A DNA stretch of 45,329 bases from a virus (lineage: Duplodnaviria > Heunggongvirae > Uroviricota > Caudoviricetes), in IMG/VR virus record IMGVR_UViG_2541047734_000008, positions 1 through 45,329 of that record, one strand, 5' to 3'. Position numbers and translations under genes: made by a program. The notes beneath the pieces are model-generated. The model made no database searches and was not told where the DNA came from. It saw only the letters and a list, made by a program, of their open reading frames with translations. Positions 38,631 to 45,329 of this stretch are shown here, in pieces. Within the stretch, counting starts at the first letter, position 1. Every line of letters begins with the position of its first letter.

Positions 38631-38903
38631 TTACCTCCAGATCCGTTGCTGGTATGTGCGGGATGGGCGCGGTGGGCGTTCGGAATAAGGGAGCCTGACA
38701 TAGATTATCCAGTGACGATAATCGAGGCTGAGGGCTTTCTTAATCTCGTATCCGCGTCTGCTGTAGTTATGAATTAGCCATTCGGCCTGTTCTTCAGTAC
38801 ATGGTGGGTGTTGGTACCAGTCGGTTTTAAATGCGTGTGAACGCCGCTCATGCCGGATGGCAAGGTCGGTATCAGAATTGTGAAATTTGGTTTTGTGCGC
38901 CAT
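38631..38903 (-). CDS. Hypothetical prophage protein
   Basis: 90 aa ORF upstream of the DUF968 gene. Confidence 0.4.
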   Translation of the reverse strand: MAHKTKFHNSDTDLAIRHERRSHAFKTDWYQHPPCTEEQAEWLIHNYSRRGYEIKKALSLDYRHWIIYVRLPYSERPPRPSRTYQQRIWR

Positions 38904-39070
38904 CTGTTTTCTCTGCTGGCGCAGCAGGTGTCAGGTGTTCAGGCTGACGTGCGAATTGTAAACCAGAATGCCAGGAAAAAACAAAACCCGCCGAAGCGGG
39001 TTAAGTGCGGGTGCGTTGAGGATGCCTGACTCATCAGAGGTGGCGAGGGATTTCTCCCTCGCCAGGTCTC

Positions 39071-39226
39071 TTACTCCTCAGGTTCGTAAGCTGTGAAGAC
39101 AGCGACCTCCGTCTGGCCGGTTCGGATTCGTACCTCGCAGAGGTCTTTCCTCGTTACCAGTGCCGTCACAATGACGGTTAAACAGATGACGATCAGGGCG
39201 ATTAACATCGCCTTTTGCTGCTTCAT
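39071..39226 (-). CDS. hokD: Hok/Gef-family membrane toxin (HokD/RelF-like)
   Basis: MKQQKAMLIALIVICLTVIVTALVTRKDLCEVRIRTGQTEVAVFTAYEPEE: TM helix plus conserved Cys and Hok-family C-terminus. Confidence 0.85.
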   Translation of the reverse strand: MKQQKAMLIALIVICLTVIVTALVTRKDLCEVRIRTGQTEVAVFTAYEPEE

Positions 39227-39463
39227 AGCCTGCTTCTCCTTGCCTTTCGGCACGTAAGAGGCTAACCTAGATTTGCCGTTCATAGATTGAGCCTCAGATT
39301 AATGTTAAGCGTCTTGCCGGACGCGTAATGTTAACTGGGGCTTTTCTCTATCTGCCTTTCAGTGTTCATGCCTGAGACAGATAGCCTCAAGCACCCGCAG
39401 CCATTCTACTTAACTCACGTCACCTCGCCAATATGAAATCAATCAGAAAGGTGATCCATAAAA

Positions 39464-40150
39464 TCACTCCTTCTCTTCTTTTCCGTAGTGGAGTTGGCCA
39501 ATTTTGATAAGAGGGCGTCCCTGAGATTTGCGGTGTAGATTGGTATCGCGCAGAGAATACACACAGCCACAATATTCCTGCTGATAGAATTTTTCGCGCT
39601 TGCTGATTTCAATCATACGGGACGAGCCGCCCTGCTTGCGCCAGTTATAATCCCAGTACACCATACCCGGATAATGCGCAACAGCTCGCCGCCCACACTC
39701 GTTAACCTGCTGCATATTTTTCCAGCGTGAAATGCCCAGTGAACTGCTGATCACACTGAAACCATTTTCAGCAGCGTACAACGCTGTCCGCTCAAAACGC
39801 ATGTCAAAACACATGGTACAACGGATCCCCCTCTCAGGCTCCCATTCCATTCCTTTGGCACGTTCAAACCAGTTGTCGGTGTCGTAATCAGCATCGATAA
39901 ACGGCACGCCGTGTTGTTCAGCAAAGCGAATATTTTCATCCTTACGAATTAAATACTCTTTCTGAGGATGAATGTTCGGGTTGTAGAAAAAGATGGTGTA
40001 GTCGATTCCCGAGGCCTGAAGCGCCTCCATCACTTCACCGGAACATGGAGCACAGCAAGAGTGCAGTAGTAGTTTGTTTGCCCCGTTTGGGAGCTCCAAT
40101 TTAGGCCGTTTGAAATCAGCAATAGTCATAAATATTTTTATTGGGGTCAT
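39464..40150 (-). CDS. QueH-like epoxyqueuosine reductase homolog (DUF208)
   Basis: 228 aa; ..[13 protein letters not shown].. Cys motif and further conserved Cys (..CTMCFDMR.., ..YCGCVYS..) typical of QueH. Confidence 0.6.
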   Translation of the reverse strand: MTPIKIFMTIADFKRPKLELPNGANKLLLHSCCAPCSGEVMEALQASGIDYTIFFYNPNIHPQKEYLIRKDENIRFAEQHGVPFIDADYDTDNWFERAKGMEWEPERGIRCTMCFDMRFERTALYAAENGFSVISSSLGISRWKNMQQVNECGRRAVAHYPGMVYWDYNWRKQGGSSRMIEISKREKFYQQEYCGCVYSLRDTNLHRKSQGRPLIKIGQLHYGKEEKE

Positions 40151-40303
40151 GAAAATAGCACAGAGTGTAGCATCAGAGCAGGGCTATCGGGAATATATGT
40201 CTAAATCTGGTAATATCTGGTTTTGACGCAAAGCGGACAACCACGCTGGCTCTACCCTGCGCCATGAAAATGTCAATTCACATCTGAACTAATGCTCTTT
40301 AAT

Positions 40304-40729
40304 CTAGTAACGTCTAAAATACCTAACATTTCCTTGATAAAATGCCAGTACACGCTGCATAGCTTCGCTCTTCCGGCACTCGCGACAGATTATATTCAGG
40401 CGCCTGTCGTAGCGGCGTATTTCGCCGTCTGGTAACGACCAGATAAGGTCCGGATCAACCACTGCAGGTTTCTTCACCTTTGCCCTTGAGAGTTTTTTGC
40501 GGGCATTTTGCCAGTCCTTACGCGCCTGTTCAGACGGGAATAACCCGTAACCAGAGTTGTATACATCGCCGCTGGCAACCAGCTCTCTTGCGAGAACGCT
40601 CATCAGATATCTTGTCGCACCTGTCTTGACTTCCAGTTGCCGTAACGTCTCACGCCCACTCTGGCGTACGAGTTCAACAACCTGTCCTTTAATTTTTTCC
40701 CGCTCTTCTTGTGTAAAAACTTTTGCCAC
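40304..40729 (-). CDS. Hypothetical phage protein (early region)
   Basis: 141 aa ORF downstream of the replication gene. Confidence 0.4.
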   Translation of the reverse strand: MAKVFTQEEREKIKGQVVELVRQSGRETLRQLEVKTGATRYLMSVLARELVASGDVYNSGYGLFPSEQARKDWQNARKKLSRAKVKKPAVVDPDLIWSLPDGEIRRYDRRLNIICRECRKSEAMQRVLAFYQGNVRYFRRY

Positions 40730-40769
40730 AAGCCCTCCTGAAAATTACCTCATGACCAGAAATTAACAC

Positions 40770-41870
40770 TTACCCCCTGAAGCCCGGCGGAATTTCGTTA
40801 TCCGGTTCAGAAATATGATTCACACAACGCTGGTTGTTCGTGCCGCTTACCGGGAGCAACCAGGGGTTCTCAAAATTCCGGTCCGGTCCAAAAAACGTCG
40901 TCGCTCGCTGAACAAATTCCGTTCCCGTTTTCCCGGTAGCCGCCAAGTATCTTGCGTAACGCCTCACGCCATCCAGCATGGCCTCTGGTGGCACCCCCTC
41001 GCGTAATCTGGCCTTCCAGGCACTGAAAGCGGATTTCTTCGGGTTTGCTCCGGCACGCAACGGGTACTCCCGCCAGACCTGTTCGAACACATCCGGATAA
41101 TCCACTCGTCCCACAGACTGCCCGGTGTTTTCCGGGACTACCCGATCAGCTTCCCGCTGAATGGCGGAATCGGCTTCCCGCTGAATGGCGGAATCGGCTT
41201 CGGGCTGCTGCAGTTGGTGTGATTGCTCCAGCCTTGCGGTCATCACCTGCTGCACAGCGCCCGAATCGGCTTTCAGCGCATACGCTGAATCGGCTTCCGG
41301 TGTCGTGCCTGCTGGCTGACCAAGATTGACGGTCTGAACATCCCCTGCCTGGTTCGTGGCGTTTTTTACGCCATGGACCATAGTGTTTTGATCTTCTTGA
41401 TCTGTATCTTTATCTGTATCTTTATCTGTCGTGACTCGTCGTGACATGTGCGTGACATTTCGTGACGCGCCGTGACAATCGCCATTTTGTTCCCGCTTTC
41501 TTTCCCTCTCTCGCTGCGCCCTCTTGCGCTCTGCAGGAGATTTTGCGGTTTGCGAAATATTGCCGTTGTCCTCTTTAAGCACCTGGCGTTTTTCCCATCC
41601 AGTGATTAAATCACCATCAAGTACCCGCCCCTGCATCGTCTGCAAAATTGAATCAATTACCTCTTCTGTCACGTCGAGCGCACTTGCCAAATCTTCTGTC
41701 GTGACATCAATGTGACCTCGCGTGACATTTCGTGACGCGCTCACCAGGAGGTGGATATACACTGCCATCACTGTTGCAATTGGCTGCCCTGACACCCTGG
41801 CAATTGTTCGCCACTTAGGGTCATTTGGCATGTCATGCCATAATCTGAGCCAGGCGTTAGCCATACTCAC
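40770..41870 (-). CDS. Replication initiation protein (O-like; DnaT-like C-terminal domain) with internal repeats
   Basis: 366 aa; N-terminal HTH-like region, acidic repeat-containing linker, C-terminal ..FSAWKARLREGVPPEAMLDGVRRYARYLAATGK.. primosomal DnaT-like. Confidence 0.6.
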   Translation of the reverse strand: MSMANAWLRLWHDMPNDPKWRTIARVSGQPIATVMAVYIHLLVSASRNVTRGHIDVTTEDLASALDVTEEVIDSILQTMQGRVLDGDLITGWEKRQVLKEDNGNISQTAKSPAERKRAQRERERKREQNGDCHGASRNVTHMSRRVTTDKDTDKDTDQEDQNTMVHGVKNATNQAGDVQTVNLGQPAGTTPEADSAYALKADSGAVQQVMTARLEQSHQLQQPEADSAIQREADSAIQREADRVVPENTGQSVGRVDYPDVFEQVWREYPLRAGANPKKSAFSAWKARLREGVPPEAMLDGVRRYARYLAATGKTGTEFVQRATTFFGPDRNFENPWLLPVSGTNNQRCVNHISEPDNEIPPGFRG

Positions 41871-41935
41871 CTCTTCTGATACCGAATCTTTTTACTCACG
41901 AGTTGCCGGAAGCGATTCGATATGGCTATTGTCAG

Positions 41936-42361
41936 TCAATGTACTGCCACAGCATTTCCTGCCGGGCCACCACGGTTCATCTGATTGAAACCGGCGATTG
42001 CCACTGCGACAAAATCATCAGCGTCTCTCACCAGTCGCTCCCGCGTCTCCACCAGCTCCCGAAAATAAGCTGAACTGTGGCTGCGCATTCTGGCCACCAG
42101 CAAAGGTGGCATTGCCTTTTCGATCGCTGGTAACAACGCCTGAATTTTTTCAACTGCATCAGGGGTGTCTTTCTCTACCCAGCGGAAAATTTTCTGGGTA
42201 TTGCGAGCCAGGGCTTCCGGATGGCTGTCGTCATACAGTTCTGGGAACGTCATACCCAGTTCAAAATAAGCCCTGGTTATTTCAGCTGCCGGAACTTTTT
42301 CACCGTCCGGATGCGCCCAGGCATTCATCGCCATGCGGATGTGTTCATGCTTGATTTTCAT
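41936..42361 (-). CDS. YdaT-like regulatory protein (cII-position analog)
   Basis: 141 aa, MKIKHEHIRMAMNAW..; between cro-like and O-like genes. Confidence 0.5.
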   Translation of the reverse strand: MKIKHEHIRMAMNAWAHPDGEKVPAAEITRAYFELGMTFPELYDDSHPEALARNTQKIFRWVEKDTPDAVEKIQALLPAIEKAMPPLLVARMRSHSSAYFRELVETRERLVRDADDFVAVAIAGFNQMNRGGPAGNAVAVH

Positions 42362-42626
42362 GAATCAAGCTCCTAGAAAGTGGTTGTGTTAACGTTTTGG
42401 TATCTTCCAGCTCGGGCCAAATATTCATCCAATCAAAAGGCCTTAGTTGCTGACGTGTAACTTCACCATTACTGGCTCGCTCAATAAGGACGCATAACGA
42501 TGCCCCTAACACTTGACCTTTACTCAATGCCTTTCTTAGATAACCGATGCTGGTACCACACTCGCATGCAAACATACGCTGTTCATCTGACGAAAGAGAA
42601 TTGAGAAATATTCTTAATTCTTCCAT
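42345..42626 (-). CDS. Cro/YdaS-like HTH regulator
   Basis: 93 aa, ..CGTSIGYLRKALSKGQ.. HTH; divergent from the repressor gene. Confidence 0.6.
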   Translation of the reverse strand: MEELRIFLNSLSSDEQRMFACECGTSIGYLRKALSKGQVLGASLCVLIERASNGEVTRQQLRPFDWMNIWPELEDTKTLTQPLSRSLIHENQA

Positions 42627-42653
42627 AGCTACTCCTTAGTAAACACAGTAAAG

Positions 42654-42733
42654 AATACCCACAGGTAAACAAAAGTCAATACCCACAGGTTGTTTACCTT
42701 GCGGTAATCGCATCTATTATTTACCTATGGACA
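42654..42733. promoter_or_regulatory. Divergent promoter/operator region of the immunity switch with repeated TACC-N4-GGTA sites
   Basis: AATACCCACAGGT at 42654..42666 and 42679..42691; TACCTATGG overlapping the repressor start codon. Confidence 0.55.
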
Positions 42734-43146
42734 AATATGAATTTAGACGACAGCAACTCATCAAAATTCGTGATGAGAAATGCGATGGTAAAGCGGTTAA
42801 CGTGGCCAGAAAGATCGGGCGCGAGCCTTCTTATGTATCAAGAATGTTGTACCCAGAGGGGAAAAAGGGAAAAAAACGGATCGCTGATGATATGGTGGAG
42901 ATTATCGAAGAGTCCTTTGGGTTACCCCGGGGATGGATGGATGGTATCGTTTCATCATCAACGAACACAGCCTCCAGTTATGAAACAAGGGTTCTAACGC
43001 CACGACAACGTATTTTTTTAGATCTCTTAGACGAACTGCCAGAAAGTGAAGCGGATAACTTATTAAAAACTCTTGAAGAGAAAAAACAGTATTACAATAT
43101 GATCTACGAAGAAATCCGTAAAAAGAAAGCACAAAACGCATCATAG
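42727..43146 (+). CDS. DicA-like HTH repressor
   Basis: 139 aa; HTH ..AVNVARKIGREPSYVSRML..; C-terminus ..FLDLLDELPESEADNLLKTLEE.. resembles DicA. Confidence 0.65.
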   Translation: MDKYEFRRQQLIKIRDEKCDGKAVNVARKIGREPSYVSRMLYPEGKKGKKRIADDMVEIIEESFGLPRGWMDGIVSSSTNTASSYETRVLTPRQRIFLDLLDELPESEADNLLKTLEEKKQYYNMIYEEIRKKKAQNAS

Positions 43147-43188
43147 CTCACCAAACAACTAGTCACCAGTTAAGACACCGCAAAAAGT

Positions 43189-43225
43189 TACCCATGGGTA
43201 TTTACTTTTTAAATACCTATGGGTA
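43189..43225. promoter_or_regulatory. Palindromic operator-like sites downstream of repressor gene
   Basis: TACCCATGGGTA (perfect 12-bp palindrome, 43189..43200) and TACCTATGGGTA (43214..43225). Confidence 0.5.
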
Positions 43226-43411
43226 TCCTTCTTTTCATACCAACCCACCCCGCCCCACAGAATGCAGGGCAATACTTCGAGTTACCAGGCAGTGGTCAGG
43301 GGTTAAGTAGCCAGCCCGAGGCGTAAGAACATGACGGCAGGGTTCAACTTTAATAACTATGCAGCAGGTTTTTGTTCCGCTACCCCAGCGTTAAGGGGAA
43401 ATGAGGTCAGC

Positions 43412-43567
43412 ATGGATACTATCGATCTTGGCAACAACGAATCTCTGGTGTACGGCGTGTTTCCCAACCAGGACGGCACGTTCACCGCGATGACGTATAC
43501 CAAAAGCAAAACGTTTAAAACCGAAAATGGTGCCCGTCGCTGGCTGGAAAGAAACTCAGGTGAGTGA
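43412..43567 (+). CDS. YdfA-like small protein
   Basis: 51 aa from MDTIDLGNNESLVYGVFPNQDG..; GAGG RBS 6 nt upstream. Confidence 0.6.
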   Translation: MDTIDLGNNESLVYGVFPNQDGTFTAMTYTKSKTFKTENGARRWLERNSGE

Positions 43568-43568
43568 T

Positions 43569-43697
43569 ATGGATTTCGACACAATCATGGAAAAGGCTTA
43601 CGAAGAATACTTCGAAGACCTTGCCGAAGGCGAAGAAGCTCTCAGCTTCAGTGAGTTTAAACAGGCGCTTTCCAGCTCGGCAAAATCTAACGGCTGA
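43569..43697 (+). CDS. YdfB-like small acidic protein (42 aa; below ORF-track size cutoff)
   Basis: Hand-translated MDFDTIMEKAYEEYFEDLAEGEEALSFSEFKQALSSSAKSNG*; starts 1 nt after the ydfA-like stop. Confidence 0.55.
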   Translation: MDFDTIMEKAYEEYFEDLAEGEEALSFSEFKQALSSSAKSNG

Positions 43698-43726
43698 TAA
43701 GCGAAGTAGCACCGCGAGGAATCAGT

Positions 43727-43945
43727 ATGCAGAAACGAGAACCCGTCATAATCGCGCCAGACTATACCGATGATGAACTTTATGAGTGGATGCGCCAGAA
43801 AATTAATGCAGCGCAGGATCTGAAATGGGCCAATGAAGCCAGGGCTAAGCAGGCTGAAAATCTGTCCGCTCTGGAGCAGGATATCACCAGGCTGGAAAAA
43901 GCAGCGGCATTAAGCATTGCCAGAATGATTACATACCCGCGTTAA
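43727..43945 (+). CDS. YdfC-like protein
   Basis: 72 aa; operon position after ydfA/ydfB-like genes. Confidence 0.55.
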   Translation: MQKREPVIIAPDYTDDELYEWMRQKINAAQDLKWANEARAKQAENLSALEQDITRLEKAAALSIARMITYPR

Positions 43946-43967
43946 TAGCTAACCAACGAGGCTAATA

Positions 43968-44297
43968 ATGGAATTTAAAGATTTACCAATGCAATTCCAG
44001 GAAATGGCAGCGAATATAGTTCGTTCCCAACTGGCGACTCTTGACCTGAGTACCGTAGAAAAAGAAACCATCGATACTATATCCGGTAACGTGCGTCGTG
44101 CCTTTATCGGTCTGTACGAAGAGAAGCAGCTCTCTGATAACCAGGATTTACATGAAAAATACTTCCTGGATCTAATGGACATCATTAATAAGGGGTTTGG
44201 CTTGTTAATGGAAAAGAAAGGGATTCGGATAGAACCCCTTGAAAATTGCTTCGTAACAAGAAGCATCAATTCTTTTGATTCAAAACAAGAGAATTAA
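43968..44297 (+). CDS. Hypothetical protein
   Basis: 109 aa ORF continuing the rightward operon. Confidence 0.45.
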   Translation: MEFKDLPMQFQEMAANIVRSQLATLDLSTVEKETIDTISGNVRRAFIGLYEEKQLSDNQDLHEKYFLDLMDIINKGFGLLMEKKGIRIEPLENCFVTRSINSFDSKQEN

Positions 44298-44541
44298 TTA
44301 CAGATTTAACATGCTCTTTCTCATGATTGAAGCTCTCAGGGTTGAAAGTGCCCGGCTGAAGCGAGTCGATATAATCAACGAGATTCTTTCGTACCGTTTC
44401 ATCTTTATTCATGGCAGATGCAAGGTATGAAATTGCTAACAATGTTATATCACTACGCGCCGCAGCATGCTGTAGTGTTTTATCAAAATCATTAATTTTC
44501 CGTATAAGAGAGTTAAGAGTTTCATTGACATCAAACCCCAT
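44266..44541 (-). CDS. Hypothetical protein (convergent)
   Basis: Start at MGFDVNETLNSL.. preceded by AGGAGG 7 nt upstream; the track's 202 aa extension is not supported. Confidence 0.5.
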   Translation of the reverse strand: MGFDVNETLNSLIRKINDFDKTLQHAAARSDITLLAISYLASAMNKDETVRKNLVDYIDSLQPGTFNPESFNHEKEHVKSVINSLVLNQKN

Positions 44542-44875
44542 TTCATCCTCCTGAGGGTTAGTAATTAAGGAGTTCTCCACGGGTGAGGTGGAGTGCGTGC
44601 GCCGGACACGGGTGAGCATCCGGCACTGACAGTTTACTGAAAGGATATCTCCCTGAAAAGTCAGGGCATAACGCGAAAGCGCACGGCGAAGTTGTTGGTT
44701 CATAGATAGCCTGTCGTTAAATTTTCGTCGACCGTGCGCTTCCGGTTGTGGCACTCCGCGAAATGGCGCGGCGGTAAGTATGGCGGGGTTATTCCTTCCC
44801 CGTTGAGGACACCGGGTTGTCAGGTTGACCATACGCTTAAGTGACAACCCCGCTGCAACGCCCTCTGTTATCAAT

Positions 44876-44928
44876 TTTCTGGTGACGTTTGGCGGTATCA
44901 GTTTTACTCCGTGACTGCTCTGCCGCCC
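44876..44928 (+). ncRNA. dicF: DicF-like small RNA (cell-division inhibitor sRNA of Qin-type prophages)
   Basis: TTTCTGGTGACGTTTGGCGGTATCAGTTTTACTCCGTGACTGCTCTGCCGCCC followed by TTTTT matches the remembered DicF sequence; context ydfA-ydfB-ydfC upstream. Confidence 0.7.
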
Positions 44929-45095
44929 TTTTTAAAGTGAATTTTGTGATGTGGTGAATGCGGCTGAGCGCACGCGGAACAGTTAAAACCAAAAACAGTG
45001 TTATGGGTGGATTCTCTGTATCCGGCGTTAATTGTTAACTGGTTAACGTCACCTGGAGGCACCAGGCACCGCATCAACAAAGTTCATTTGTAAAA

Positions 45096-45329
45096 ATGGA
45101 GATAATTATGATTGCTCATCACTTCGGAACTGATGAGATTCCTCGTCAGTGCGTGACTCCCGGTGATTATGTTATTCATAAAGGAAGAACATATATTGCT
45201 TCGGTAAACAACATTAAAAAACAACGGCTCTATATTCGTGATTTTTCCACACAACACTGTATTAAGGAAACCATGATTAAAGTCTTCCTTGGTCGTGATG
45301 GTTTACCTGTAAAAGCAGAGTCATGGTGA
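45096..45329 (+). CDS. Hypothetical protein in dicB-equivalent position
   Basis: 77 aa ORF downstream of DicF; no clear resemblance to the remembered DicB sequence. Confidence 0.4.
   Translation: MEIIMIAHHFGTDEIPRQCVTPGDYVIHKGRTYIASVNNIKKQRLYIRDFSTQHCIKETMIKVFLGRDGLPVKAESW

Noticed and set aside
39227-39283. N-terminal extension of hok ORF (MNGKSRLASYVPKGKEKQA)
   Set aside because: The Hok family peptide starts at MKQQKAM; the extension is probably untranslated leader.
44542-44874. N-terminal extension of the 202 aa minus-strand ORF
   Set aside because: Arg/Pro-rich chance frame; a strong AGGAGG-ATG start at 44541 defines a 91 aa gene instead.

Overview
This window is a Qin-like lambdoid prophage of an Enterobacteriaceae (E. 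coli-type) host, read almost entirely on the minus strand, carrying two nested disruptive insertions. From right to left the prophage shows a DicA-like immunity region with a DicF sRNA homolog, an O-like replication gene, a queH-like gene, a Hok toxin, RusA, a Q antiterminator, a four-tRNA cluster, a pinholin/SAR-endolysin/Rz-Rz1 lysis cassette, a GNAT gene, HNH-TerS-TerL packaging genes, HK97-type head genes and lambda-like tail genes (G/GT, H, M, L, K, I, J). The main finding is a ~14.6 kb integrase-bearing island (about 16364..31019) sitting inside the prophage large-terminase gene, splitting it into two complementary fragments. The island encodes its own capsid, protease, portal, connector, HNH, TerS and TerL but no tail genes, plus AlpA, Bro-N, a primase/helicase-type Rep, SSB and a ProQ/FinO-domain protein, which matches a capsid-forming PICI-like satellite. 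Separately, an IS66-family element with an 8-bp target duplication interrupts tail gene K. All protein calls rest on remembered family resemblance and gene order, not on any database search.
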